Assembly (NCBI GenBank): GCA_964234715.1
Contig: OZ174286.1
Length of the DNA: 64,000 bases
Reading direction: 5' to 3' (one strand)
Source: Podarcis melisellensis
Taxonomy: Eukaryota
Within the stretch, counting starts at the first letter, position 1. Each line of letters starts with the position of its first letter. Positions 37,507-50,642 of this stretch are shown here, one piece after another. A program made the translations under genes and the position numbers. Under the pieces are notes generated by a model. That model saw nothing but the letters and a program-made list of their open reading frames with translations. It made no database searches and had not been told where the DNA came from.

Positions 37507-38159
37507 AATCTAAGTACACAATGATAAATCACTTCCACTGAACTGATCACATTGTAGCTTTCTGGGGCAAACATGAATGTTTTTCAAAGCAAAATGCTGA
37601 GGCATTCCTAAGCAATGCCAGCAAAGCAATTGAAGCTACGAGCCACAAACAATAGATGAGATGGTAAGCCAGAGTTCTTGACTGTGCTCCTTCAGACTGC
37701 AGGTGAGGACAGCAGAGATTTTTTTTAAAAAAATAAATGTACTTTTAATTTAACTGCACTTGGTCCTTACTGCAATCAATGAAAAGGGTTAGTCACAACC
37801 CAGTCCCAATCGTTCAACAGGAAATAGTCCTTATTGGTCCTTATTGAAATTGCTACAAAAAGTTAAGTACAACTAACTCTCTAGACTAGATCCAACCCAC
37901 TGACTTCAGTAGGGAAAAAATCTCACTGCCCCTCTCTCCACAGAAGAAAGCTGTGCAGTGGAAAGCCGTGCTTATCAACTAATCTGCTGTTTGTGAAAAC
38001 TGTCATCACTTTTTTAAAGCAGTTCGTGATATGGAAGAGGAGCGAAAGGAAGGGTTGAGCTTCACCTGAGCTAGCAAGCTTACATTCATATTCTCAAAAA
38101 TGCATTTTGTGGGTTTCCACAAAATGGTCTCTCTATGAAATAATGAGCTATAGAAGAAT

Positions 38160-38785
38160 GGTATCTTTTACTGGTCCAACTCTGTTTTAAAGCAAGTTAT
38201 CAAGCTGTTGAACGCAAGTTGAGCACACAGGTTCTCCATCAGTTATAGGGGATTTAAGATAAAGTATAAATTATCTGTTTTTATACATGAAAGCCTAACT
38301 TCTCACCTTGCACTAACAAATAAAGATTCAGAGAAGGTTCAATTAACTTTTGCCAGACAAAGAGATAGCTCATGGCTCAGAGTGTTTCAGGGGGAAAATA
38401 TCACATTTATTTGACTACTCTGTGGGATTCCATGGGATAAAAGAAACATTACCAGGCTGCAGAATGTTGGCAACTGAATTGATGTTGCGCCAAAAAAGAT
38501 GAAGGCAGCCATATACAAGAGTGTGTTGCATCATTATGAGCCACAGAGTGGTATTCTGTGAGATCAACAGCATATCCTTTTTCTCTAATGGAACTGGTGA
38601 AGGAAAATGATGAGCACAATTTGCAATTCTTTTTAAAACACTCTTCATTTTTTTAAAAAAAGTGAAGTGCCAGCCATAAGCCAACTCCTTGCTTTTGCTC
38701 TGATGAAATACCTAGGTGTGGTTCAAAAGCTTGCAACAAATTTTCATAAACAACTAGAGTTGGTGCAATAAAAGCTATCTTTACC
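38160..38785. mobile_element. Old element with ~85-bp imperfect terminal inverted repeats, Penelope-like, with decayed hammerhead-like core
   Basis: 38160-38242 aligns to the reverse complement of 38700-38785. Confidence 0.5.
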
Positions 38786-40193
38786 TCTTTCTTTTAAGTC
38801 TTTCATGCCATATTAACTGATGTCTTCAACTTATGGCACTATCTAGTGGTGAAAGCAGGAGATAACAGCATGGAACCAAATTATGCAGACTAAGAAATAC
38901 TCATTTAGTCTGTTTCAACAAGTATGCAAGAAATGGAAGTGCAGAACTGTAACAAAAAAAATCATCTAGTCAAAACAACATTCTCTTACATTTAGGCAAC
39001 CTGCACCAATAATGAATAAGCACCTGAATATATATAAGAGTTTCTTGTCTATGAATGAAATAGCTTTTATGCAAAGAAGGAAAACAATTACAAGGATTTA
39101 TTTGAAATGGTTGTTTTACATGGCCAAACACTGGCGAACCCTCACAATGTTTTGTGCAGAATATTTAATATTGGTATAATGCTAAAGTTTGAATTATGAG
39201 AAATTAATGTACAAGTTATTATAACATAACCGATTTCCAAGAGCTGTAAAACAACGCCAAATATTCCAAGGCATTAAGAGATTTAACTACCATACATTGA
39301 ACTGAAGGCACTCACTTTAGGTATTGCCTGAGAAGCACAGAATTTACTTTCTAAAGCCCTCTGCAAGCAGCAGTTGAGTGATATAAGTAAGAGATCCCTT
39401 ACCCCAATCCTGTTCATACAAGGCTTGGGAAAGGCACCATGATTCACTTATTGGCATGTGTGGATGCACAAAAATAAGATGCTTAGTGAGATTTTAACAC
39501 AATACTTTCATTATTACAGAATGAAAAGCTGCAGTAATAATCTGACATATGAACTGAACTGTTATGGTTTTATTTCATTTAGTTTCAAAGTTTAGCATTC
39601 CAAGCATATTTTATTATATATATTTATTACAAGAATTGTTGCAGTGACCTGCCCATCACATTTGAACACTGGTAACGCAATCCTACCTACTGACTCACAA
39701 AAATAAAATAAAAAAGGAGGACTTTGGCTTAAAGCAGTATCTTTGTGTCTCTCAACAACTTAGATATACAAGCATATCGAATTTACCTATCCTTAATATT
39801 AAATAGATGCAATAACTCTGTAAAGTATTATCTAACATTTTATATCAAAACAAAAAATTTGTAAAAGATAACATTTTGCTTTCCATTCTGTTTATCTGCC
39901 ATTTCCCCCACAATTAACTATTTCTGTTTAACAAGCGAAAAGAGAAATGCTAAGTCTGGAGGTAGGATGTTGGATGTGTGGAGTGACTAAGAACACAGAA
40001 AATACAGGCATAAAACTGTACTGCTGCAAATATGAGTCATCCTCATGGCTGCACATTATCTCTTCTCATGAGCAATTTCTACTGCACTGTCAACACCAGT
40101 TAACAAACCATAATTACTTTGTAAACCTGAATCGAAAATCATGGCTTGAAGTAGTTGCAATCCATGGTTATAGAAATATGATTTGGAATTACC

Positions 40194-40380
40194 CAGGGGT
40201 GGCCAACAGGTAGATCGTGATCTACCGGTAGATCACTGGTAGATCACTGGCTCCCCCCACAGAAACTCAACAACTTTGGCTCCCCTAGGAAAAGCTCAAC
40301 AACTTTGAGTTGAACCCCCCAAAAACGGGGGTAGATCACTGCCAGATTTTAATTCAGAAAGTAGATTGCAGCCTCTTGGC
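40194..40380. mobile_element. hAT-like MITE fragment with GTAGATC subterminal repeats
   Basis: CAGGGGTGGCCAAC start and repeated GTAGATC motifs; right end unclear. Confidence 0.55.
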
Positions 40381-40458
40381 TGCAGCCTAATGGCTTGCAG
40401 ATAGTCTGCACCAGGTCTCAAAAGACAGATCCTCCCATTGTCCCCACATTTAGTGTCT

Positions 40459-40836
40459 AAAGGTAAAGGTAAAGGTAAAGGTAAAGGGACCCCTGGCCAT
40501 TAGGTCCAGTCGTGACCGGCTCTGGGGTTGCGGTACTCATCTCGCTTTATTGGCCGAGGGAGCCGGCATTTGTCCACAGACAGCTTCTGGGTCATGTGGC
40601 CAGCATGACTAAGCCGCTTCTGGCAAACCAGAGCAGCGCACGGAAACGCCATTTACCTTCCCGCCAGAGCGGTACCTATTTATCTACTTGCACTTTGACG
40701 TTCTTTCGAAATGCTAGGTTGGCAGGAGCTGGGACCAAGCAATGGGAGCTCACCCCGTCACGGGGATTCGAACCACAACCTTCTGATCGGCAAATCCTAG
40801 GCTCTGTGGTTTAACCCACAGCGCCACCTGCGTCCC
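40459..40836 (-). mobile_element. Sauria SINE with extended (ACCTTT)n tail
   Basis: Full length, reverse orientation. Confidence 0.92.
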
Positions 40837-41434
40837 ATTCAGTGTCCACATCAGGTCAGACTAACTAGCAGGAATGGAGTGTCTCTTTTTCATAGCATGT
40901 GACTTCATGCTTAAGCTATTGGTATGACTACTACTGAATGCCAAGAGTTTTAGCTGCTGCGTGGAACTTAGAAGTAAGGTGGCTCCTCATCACAGGACTT
41001 GCTGTCAAACATACTGATCTAACTCCTTCAACTTGTAAGGCACTGCAGAAGCACATTATTCAAAATGAGGTGGCTTAAATCTATGTGGACCATCCTAGCC
41101 AGCTCTGATTCCATGATAGGGTTGAGCACTTCCCCCCTAACATGTTTATGTTATAAATGAGGAATGTTGGAACTGTTTTGTCTGCCAACTTATTGCCTCT
41201 TTCGTTTCTGTACAAGCAATTAAGGAAGGAGTAGAGCAAGGATGGCTGGAGGTTTCCACCAATTTCCACTAGGTGCTATCACTACCATTAGTCAAACAGT
41301 GTTGTTAATTTTTTTGGGCCAGGGAAATGGGACAGTTAGTGTTAGTGTTGCAACAGTTAGTGACAAAGTGCAAAGAAATGATGCCAAAGAAATGTTTCCT
41401 GCTTGGATAAGGAACAATCACCACAACTTCTTAC

Positions 41435-41582
41435 CAGCTTTTTCAGACTTTTCCTTCTGTTCTTTTAACTCTTCACCTTGCCTAACCACCTGCTTGACGC
41501 GAGTACGCAACTGGGCAATTTCTTCCTCCTTCATTTCCAATGTTTCATGCATTTGCCGTTTGGTTTCTGCTATTACCATGCC
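41435..41582 (-). CDS. GOLGA4: GOLGA4 exon 12 (GMVIAETKRQMHETLEMKEEEIAQLR...EKA, 148 nt)
   Basis: TTATAG| acceptor and CTG|GTAAGA donor. Confidence 0.95.
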
Positions 41583-42163
41583 CTATAAAATAGGTAATTA
41601 CAGATAAAAAGGGTGCTGTGTGGATACATACATACACACACTCAGAAACAAGACATAGTTATTGTTATGCAACTTCCCCACCTCTTTGTTGCATTAGAAG
41701 AAAGTGTAGAAGCATTGTGAGGAAGAAAACACTACCGAGTACTGGACAAATATACAGCAACTATAACCAAGAGGATGGAAAGAGGATCTGGAGATTAATG
41801 GTGGAACTTTAAAAAAACCCAACCCTCAGACTCTGATTATGTGTATGCAGAGCTCCATATCTATGACAAGTCAAAGACCATGCAGGGGAGAAGGGAACTG
41901 GCAAAAGTTACCTCCCCTTCCTTCCAAGAAAAGGATTCTGCTCCTGGATCTAAAGCCTTCTGTGGATGGAAGGAGTTGCTCTGGTCACAGAAGAAAAAGT
42001 TTGCATCCAATTCTCTCTCTCTCTGTGTCGCTCTCTCATATATCCTCATTTTAGCAGTTATTTTCAAGACAGTCGGCAAAATAAATTCCATGCAATTTTT
42101 ATGCCTGAATTAGCACTGTTGGTACAATACTTTAGGAATTTAAAAATAATCTATATTGCTTAC

Positions 42164-42247
42164 TTTATCTTGCTCTAGCTGTTCTATCAAGTTCTTGGCG
42201 TCACGTAACTGAGTGATCAGCTTGGTCTTCTCAGCCATATGAAGATC
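42164..42247 (-). CDS. GOLGA4: GOLGA4 exon 11 (DLHMAEKTKLITQLRDAKNLIEQLEQDK, 84 nt)
   Basis: Highly conserved golgin-245 peptide; CCTAG| acceptor and AAA|GTAAGC donor. Confidence 0.95.
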
Positions 42248-43262
42248 CTAGGAGACAGGTTAAAGTATAAGCAGTCTACCTATCTTGCAAGAACTCTCTT
42301 CCCCTCACCCACCAAAGCTTCACATTTGAGTACAGGGAACGACCATTTTGCATGCGACTGCTGATGCACACACCACTTTCAGCCCGGGAAGGGGATGAAA
42401 CGGCGCAGGCTTACATGTACCCTGCCAACGCATGCAATGACCTGGAAAACAACCCCCGTGGAAACAAGGAGCCTGTATTTCTTACTTGAATATATACTAC
42501 CATTCAGCTCCCCACTGGAGAACATCAACACACACAACTCTGGGAATCCTCTGCATTAAAATACCTTTTCGCTCCTTATAAATGCTGGTTATATAGGGAG
42601 GAGGCTGAAAATATTTGTTTCCTTGTTGAAGTTATACTGATATCAGACATTACAGACTTTGAGGGTACAAGCTTTACTTAAAACATTTATACGACGTTCT
42701 TTGCCCAAAAAGGCTCCTAGAGCTTCTTAAGGAATAATGCGGAAGCTAGTATAAAACTCACTTAAAATTTTAATTTTCAGGCATACACTAGATTAAAAAT
42801 AAAATAAAATAAAATAAAATAAAGAGTAAAATACTTCCAGTTCCTACTATTGTTAACAAGGACTACAGCCTTGCTCCCAACTGTGCATGAAATATCTCAC
42901 TCTGCTGAACATTTAAAGGAGCATGTTTCCCCTTCTGGAATAAAAACATCACTGCATGCTTATATGAAAATAAAAAACCCAACAAACCTACTTTGAAGTC
43001 TAATTAAGTTAGGTTAATAAACACACACAATTAGAAATGTGCAATTTAAGATATGCAGTTCTGGAAGGTTCTGACATATAGTCTACATCTTTTATTATTA
43101 TTCCATTTAATAGAATTGAAACCATGTCTTGCCCTTACCTTGGGCATTCAGGAATTTTACAATATTTTTCAGGATGTGACATCTGGCATCTTTTGCTTTA
43201 TCAGTTAAGCAAAGAAAATTTTGACCTTGTGTGAATTGATACACAAAGTCATTTTTCAGTAC

Positions 43263-43450
43263 CTTTATTTTCTCTAGTTCCTGAAGTCTCTCATCCAGTT
43301 GTTCCTGAAGTGCCTCTTTTTCATTGGTTAGCTGTACCGAGCGCTCTTTATATGAGCGGATTGTTTCTTTACATCGGTGGAGCAAGTTCTCTTGACGTTT
43401 CACTCGCTGAGTAAGAGCTTCTAGTGTTTTAGCAGAATCCCCATCACCAC
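43263..43450 (-). CDS. GOLGA4: GOLGA4 exon 10 (GDGDSAKTLEALTQRVKRQENLL...ELEKIK, 188 nt)
   Basis: TGTAG| acceptor and AAG|GTACTG donor; 139+188 nt is divisible by 3. Confidence 0.92.
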
Positions 43451-44114
43451 CTACATCAAACAGAAAATTATGTTTGGGCAATATAATTGCCTGGACAAAA
43501 AATGCTTGAATATCATGACTGAAGAAAGGTGTGAGGAAAGTAAAGTTTATATCCAAAATAGCACTAAGTCATTGGTTCCGTTACTGCAATAATTTCCACT
43601 TGCACAACCAAACTCCTCACTCTCCTTCGCCCATATTTTCCCTAAATCTTGTCTGAAAGTTCTTCCTACCCTCTGGAGCAGATTTGGGGTTGCCAGAATA
43701 CATAAAACAACCTTGCCTTCGATAGGAGAAATTTTAAAAAGAAGAAAAGGGGGGGGGGGAGAGAAGCCAGCAAAGCAAACCCCTGTCATGTAACTGAAAG
43801 GGAATATGCGGAGCCCTGATAAGCACATCTTACCTTAGCAACATCTTGCCCCTCCTCCCAGAGAGAAAGGGGTGCATGCAGGAGGAAAAGGAATTTTTGT
43901 TGTACAAGCATAAATTCTAATGGAACAAGGCACTGGATACTGGCCAATGTGAACTAAATAAATGAAGAATACTATTGTAGGGCTCTCATAGTAACATCGT
44001 CTGGAAGTACTTAAAACCCCCTGCATGTTCAGTAAGAGATCTTAACATCAATATTTTATTAACAATCTAAAATGCAGCTGTAAAGCCCTACCAACACTGA
44101 ACTGGAAATCTGTA

Positions 44115-44354
44115 CAGTCATACCCTGGGATGAATATGCTTTAGGTTGAGCATTTTCGGGTTCTGCTCTGCGGCGACCCGGAAGTAACAGAATGCGTTAC
44201 TTCCGGGTTTCGCCACTTGCGCAGACGCTCAAAATGACATCATGCGCAGAAGCGGCGAAACGCAACCCGCACAAGCACAGATGCGTGTTATGTTCGCTTC
44301 AGGATGCGAACTGGGCTCTGGAACGGATCCCGTTCGCATCCAGAGGTACCACTG
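44115..44354. mobile_element. Tc1/mariner-type MITE (same family as 2341-2593, opposite orientation)
   Basis: TA|CAGTCATACC ... GAGGTACCACTG|TA. Confidence 0.83.
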
Positions 44355-44461
44355 TATTAGGAAACATAGTTATTCAGTAGAACTTGATGAGATGAAAGCA
44401 CAAGATTGTTAGTATCTTATTTTCAAGATATTTACACTCTTTTTCTACTACACCAACCTAC

Positions 44462-44600
44462 CAGGACTCTCTGGTTGCACAGCATTCTCTGTGTTTAAAT
44501 CTTTTGTTGGACTCTGAACTTCTGGTTGAGTCTGAACATTTGGATCAGGTAACTCAATACTTATTTGGCCATTTTGCAATCGTTGTTTCAGTAATGATAC
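44462..44600 (-). CDS. GOLGA4: GOLGA4 exon 9 (VSLLKQRLQNG...PESP, 139 nt, phase 0/1)
   Basis: TTGCAG| acceptor and CTG|GTAGGT donor; phase matches the next exon. Confidence 0.88.
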
Positions 44601-45392
44601 CTGCAAAAACAACAAAGTAATATAATTGTTTATTCAGCTACTGTCTGACATTTCTTAACATATAATTAAAATGTTCACTTGGCTGCTGACAGGTGAACTA
44701 CAGCATAATGTCAGAATTCTGAAAAGCTGCTGGCCCATTGCAGGCATATTGGTGAGACAGAAGCAGACAGAGGAGGAAGATAAGGTCAGGTGGGAGGGGC
44801 CCCAGATGAGACACAGAGGAACAACTCTAAGAGGAGTGACAGGAGGTAACACTGCGTGCAGGAGGTATCTGATTAGAGGTGTGATGTCACAGGGATGGAA
44901 CACTCCTCTGTCAACCTGCTTGGTCCCTCCTCTGGATCCAGTTCTTCACCCCTTCCCCTGGATCAGGCACTTATTGCGGTCCCGAATTTCACCTCTCCCA
45001 TCCTGCTAGGACTCTCCTAGTGACATCTAGCTCCAACTCCTCCCCAAGATCCCCTACATTAGATCTGCACAATGCTTATGACAGTAAGATTCTGACATGT
45101 TTAAAATCTGGACAATTACATTCCCAACTTTGCATCTGTTAAGGTAGTGTAAATTTTGGTCCAAAATGCAGACCAAGCAGAAGTTTTCTCCATCCTCAAT
45201 TTTTCCTCTCTCCTGAACCCATCAACAAAACAATTGGGAAACTGACTTAGAAAGAATGAAACAGATAATTTAGACAGAATGAAAGATTATGCTATCTCTT
45301 GGCAAAGCTAGTACACTCAGTGTGTAAGAAAAGACAAGTAACTGTTCTTCCAGGGTACTTTGGAAGCATCTCTCTTGATCAAACATAGATAC

Positions 45393-45491
45393 CTGAGTCT
45401 GCAGGACACTGATGAGTTGATCCTTTTCTTCTAAAGATGCATCGAACTCTTCCTGAAGATGTTTTTTGGCCTGTTGATCCATCTGGAGTTC
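45393..45491 (-). CDS. GOLGA4: GOLGA4 exon 8 (ELQMDQQAKKHLQEEFDASLEEKDQLISVLQTQ, 99 nt)
   Basis: TTTAAG| acceptor and CAG|GTATCT donor. Confidence 0.93.
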
Positions 45492-45594
45492 CTTAAATAG
45501 AACATACATTTTGCAAATATTTCTAATTGATAATAATAAAACCGCTTAATCAGGGGGTTATCCCTACATTGCAAGAAGGGTTCTCAAGCACACT

Positions 45595-46290
45595 ATTCAG
45601 ACAGGGAGATTTCCTGTAGTGCCCCACAGGGCTCCAGCTTGTCCCCCATTATATTCAATATCTATATGCAACTGCTGTGTGTTAAAATCAGATTTGGAAT
45701 GAATTGTCACCAATACACAGATAACACCTAAGTCTCTGATTGTTCTACTTTGTTCTATCTGGGAGAGGCAGGTGAAGTACTAAACCCCTGCTTGGAGATA
45801 GTGATGGGCTGGATGTGGGCTGAAGAACTGAAAATGAATTCTGCAAAAGCAGAGGTCTGATGTGTTCTAAGGTCTCAAGTCCAGGAAGTTGCCTTTTCTG
45901 GACAGGGTTGCACTCCCCTGGAATGATTAGATCTATAGCTTGGGGGCATTCCTGGATCTAGCATTGCCATTGGAGGTTCAGGTTATCTCAGTAGCTAGAA
46001 GTGCTTCTTCCAGCTATGTCTAGTTTGCCAGCTATGTCTCCTTTTGGACAGAGATCTTGCCACATACTCCATGCTCTGATAACTTCAAGACTGGATTACT
46101 GCTTCTACCTGGGGCTGTCCTTGAAGATGACATGGAAAGTTCAGCTGATCTAAAATATACAACAGCCAGATTACTGGCTGAGGTTCAATTTAGAACTCAT
46201 ATAAAGCAGCTTCTCTGGTTGCCTGTTTCCAGGCCCAATTCAAGGTGTTCACACTAGTGTTTCAAGGCCTAAACAACTCAGTCCCTTAAG
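45595..46290 (+). mobile_element. Degenerate L2/CR1-group LINE RT remnant
   Basis: APQGSSLSPIIFNIYM and HQYTDNT (decayed YADD) motifs. Confidence 0.7.
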
Positions 46291-47912
46291 TATGGTTGAA
46301 GGTCTGGTAAGAAATTGAAATGATGATGTTAGTTAACAACCAATGCCAGAATGACTTTACTATCAACAACTGGTTTTCATTTCGCTATGTTTTTTCTGAA
46401 TGACCACTGTTCATATTGTAATCATCACTGCAAATTTCTGCATTTATTTCCTTTTGACGTCACTGTTTACAATCCCCTCCCCGATAATGTATATAGGTAA
46501 TGATTTTCTTGTGACAAATTCTTGACTGCAGCTAGTAAGATTTTTGCTACTCAAACAGTGGAGAAATGTGAAACAGCTCATACTAATTCCTAATGAAGTT
46601 CATAGAGCAACAGGGTTGCCAACTTATGAAGCACCCTTTTAACTTTCATTTTAACAGCCCCATGCCACCAACATAGCGAGCCGATGGTAAACACACAAGA
46701 GCTAGAAAAAACTAACAACAGCACATGGCTAGGCCAATTTTTTCTGTGGCCAGTTGACAAGACTGTAGAGAAATCTTTTTCAGCATTCCAAAATTGTGAT
46801 GAACAGAATAGCTAGAAGGTCTAGTTTCTTGCTGTTTCCTCATAAAATGTGAGTGTTTATAGAATGAAATGCTTTGGAGTCTATGCTTAAAAACCATGTT
46901 ATGATATTAAGTCACTATTTGCAAAATATACACATACCTGAATTAAGACTCCACATGGCAAAAAAGAGGGCCAATTTCTTGTAATCCAAGAAGGGGGATT
47001 AAAAGGCATAAATACTGCTGCACAGAACAGCTATACATGCTTCCACAAGGATTGCTGAAAAGAATTGGGGAAGGGCTTGGCAATATCTGAAGACATCTTG
47101 TATTTGCCAAGTCATCTCCTAAAATCATTTGTCTTATCGTTGATCTAAACACATCAGCCACCTAAAATTACCCCAGACCAGATTGGTTAACATGTGCACA
47201 CTTCATGACCTTAGGAGGTCACTGATGCTATGGCAACCTAGTTGAACATAACCAGGCGGAACCCAGTGACATCACTGTGACAGTTTGCATGCAGAATGTG
47301 TCATACTAGTTTCAACAGCAGATTATATCCTGAAGTCAACCAATAGCTAGGAATATTGACAACTGCTGTGGTATTCTTTTCTTTGTAGTGACTGATGTCA
47401 CTGTCCCACTTTAAACACATTGCTCATTATTTTGATTTCTAAATATCCTTAACTATAAATATCTACATTTATTGCAGTTATGTCAAATGATGCTGCAGCT
47501 TCACTGGAACAGAGCAAAGTGTTCAGGGAATAGAGAGTCCCCTGCTGTTTTGAGTAAGTGTTCATTTGCTCCCTCAAACAAACAGAAAATCCAAGCTCAT
47601 TGCAATGTTACCTGATAAAATCAAATAACCAATGTTCATGGACCTTTATTATCTATCTTAGGTATCTACTGTCCATTACACACTCATCAATAACGTAAAG
47701 TGACACTAACAATTTTGCAAACACTTTGGAATATGAATTAGCAAAGCTAGCATCAACTTTACTACTTTTATTTCACATTTATTAAGCAGTAACAGAACGC
47801 ATCGTTCTTTAAGGAATGGTTCTTCAGTTGGTAGAAAGCACAATAGAAAGTGGATTTATTTACATGCATTTGCAAGAAGCAATGCTGCAAATCCTGCAGC
47901 ACTCACAAGTAA

Positions 47913-48239
47913 TAAAGGTAAAGGGACCCCTGACCATTAGGTCCAGTCGCGAACGACTCTGGGGTTGCAGCGCTCATCTCGCTTTACTGGCCAAGGGAGC
48001 CGGCATACAGCTTCCAGTTGATGTGGCCAGCATGACTAAGCCACTTCTGGCGAACCAGAGCAGTGCACAGAAATGCCGTTTACCTTCCCACCGGAGCAGT
48101 ACCTATTTATCTACTTGCACTTTGACGTGCTTTCAAACTACTAGGCTGGCAGGAGCAGGGACCGAACAACGGGAGCTCACCCCATCGCGGGGATTCGAAC
48201 CGCCCACCTTCTGATCAGCAAGCCCTAGGCTCTGTGGTT
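47913..48239 (-). mobile_element. Sauria SINE (slightly 5'-truncated)
   Basis: Reverse-complement SINE tail and core. Confidence 0.92.
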
Positions 48240-49452
48240 CGTCACAATAAATTAGTGGGCTTTAGTGTACAAAATGATGTGCTAGAACACTTTAACTTCA
48301 TTAAGCAGTTGCAAACAAATGTTCATACAGTAGAACAGAGATTGGCAACTTAATTTACATAACAGAAAAATGAATAGAAATAGGGAAGCAACTCAAAGAT
48401 TTCTGGCTTTGCAATATTTGTTAGAATCTGAGGATTGTCTCTCAGCTGATGCTAAGTCTTCCATTCACAAAAAGGAGGAAGAGTTTTTCAGCTCTTGCCC
48501 CTTCCCTAGTACACCTCTAGGAAACTGCTTCCCTACCCATTCTGCTGACTGAAAACGTACTGTCAAAATCAGCGACACCACTGGAGATAACCCTAACACT
48601 GCAAAGCAGGGGTGGCTAACCCGTGGCCCTTCGGTTGTTGTGGGACTATAACTCCCATCATCCCTGATAACTGGCCATAAAACCAGTATTGGTAGTGGGG
48701 AGTAATTAAGGTAATGGTTGTTTAAATGAACATTAATTGTGAAAGTGGCAAGACATACAATCTAGGGAATACATCTGAAGTAACAAGGAAAACATATTTC
48801 TAGTTCCCTTTCCTTATGGCCATCTGTCTCCTGGCAATTAATTTGGGAGATCATGTTACAATTTCCCCCTCAAAATGCATAATACTCCAACTAGACTTGG
48901 CTAAACAATTGTATATATGACCTTAAATAGACCAGCACTAAACAGTTTTTATATTGCGATACTACCTTTGAAAGCAGTAACTAGATTATTTGCACCTAAA
49001 AAAATAAGCTTATTTGAAGCCAGGCCTGCGCTGTTAGATCTACGTATTACTTACCTTATGAAAAATTGACTGTTTTCATATTGATCTATTCAGTGAATGG
49101 CCATGGTTTCACTATTTTACACATGTTTTCTATACCAATATCATCAATATTTGATTTGATTTGCTTTTACAAAGTATATATATTAGTTAATATAATATAC
49201 CAATATTAGTTATTGTTTTGATTGCCTCAATTATTATTCTACTGTGTGTGCTAAATTATTCAGAAAATGTCCATTCACTGAGAATTACTCCTAAGATATT
49301 AGAAAAGATATTTGCTTTTCGTAAAATCTTCATAAGGCCTATGCTGACTACGGGAATACTCTTTATTACTGCGCTTTATTACTGTCACATGTAAACTCAA
49401 TTCTCAGATTTTTTGTTATAAGATTACATGCACAACGGGAATTAAGTATTAC

Positions 49453-49509
49453 CTCCCGCAGTTCACCAATTCTGCGAAGTGCTTTATCCTGACTCTGGCT
49501 CAATATTCC
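49453..49509 (-). CDS. GOLGA4: GOLGA4 exon 7 (GILSQSQDKALRRIGELRE, 57 nt)
   Basis: TTTTAG| acceptor and GAG|GTAATA donor. Confidence 0.93.
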
Positions 49510-50198
49510 CTAAAAACAAACAGAGAAAAGATGATTTTTGAAATATTGAATACATAAAAGCTACATGTGAGTAACAATTTCTGCTTTGCATTGCCACTAC
49601 AAATCAAGCTCCAGTTCAAGAGCTATATTTCCCCTAAAATACAAATCTGAAATGTCTACACGTAAATTAAGCACGAAGCCGTTTGTACTTCCTTAAACTT
49701 AAGGAATTAATTTCCTTATCCCTCCAACATTTCCCTCCTTGGCATTCCTTGCTCCAGTTTAATTTTGTGCTATCTCCTTTAATTCCTGAAGACTGCAAGC
49801 TCTGCAAAATATTGTTCCTATTAACAGTGTTCCTAAAACAGACAAGCACATTATTGCAATTCTAATTCCCACTTGTCTTTGTCATCACTGTTCTGCCTCT
49901 GGTCAGGAGGTTTTTGTGATGGCCATGATCAGTGGCAAAATAATTTTAGGCCAGAAATAACAGCCTTTAGGGGTGCAGGGAATCTAGTTTTCAGGTAGGC
50001 TTACTGGAGCTTGACTGAAGGAGACTCCAGGGAAACGGTCACGTCAGGGGAAAGGAACACTTCTGTGGATTACAACCATATTTAAAGACTCTCTGTTGCA
50101 TACTGGACACAATTTAAAGTTACACCCTTAAAAGTTTCACCTGGCAAAGAAAAGGCTATAAAAAATGTTCAGGTAATATCCTAAGTCTTTTTTCTTAC

Positions 50199-50246
50199 CT
50201 GCAGCTTTTTCTTTTCTCTTTGCACAGCTTGATAGGCAGTGACCAG
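50199..50246 (-). CDS. GOLGA4: GOLGA4 exon 6 (LVTAYQAVQREKKKLQ, 48 nt)
   Basis: TTTCAG| acceptor and CAG|GTAAGA donor. Confidence 0.93.
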
Positions 50247-50400
50247 CTGAAAAGCGTAAAACACAGCTGATAATGAAGAAGTCTATACAAATTGTTTACT
50301 GTGAAACCCAATGTACTTTCGCCAGGTCATTGAGCTTTATTGTTTCTCACCCCCTATGAAAATGTTCACCAATACATTTTGAATTTACTATACTATAATA

Positions 50401-50642
50401 CAGTGGTACCTCGGGTTAAGTACTTGATTTGTTCCGGAGGTCAGTTCTTAACCTGAAACTGTTCTTAACCTGAAGCACCACTTTAGCTAATGGGGCCTCC
50501 CGCTGCTGCCACGCCGCCGGAGCACAATTTCTGTTCTCATCCTGAAGCAAAGTTCTTAACCCGAGGTACTATTTCTGGGTTAGTGGAGTCTGTAACCTGA
50601 AGCGTATGTAACCTGAAGCGTATGTAACCCGAGGTACCACTG
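50401..50642. mobile_element. Tc1/mariner-type MITE
   Basis: TA|CAGTGGTACCTCGGGTTA ... TAACCCGAGGTACCACTG|TA. Confidence 0.9.

Noticed and set aside
38785-38806. ATG-initiated MKDLKER + GAG|GTAAAG donor, in phase with exon 13 (internal first exon)
   Set aside because: The donor lies at the edge of the decayed inverted-repeat element and there are no promoter features; probably chance.
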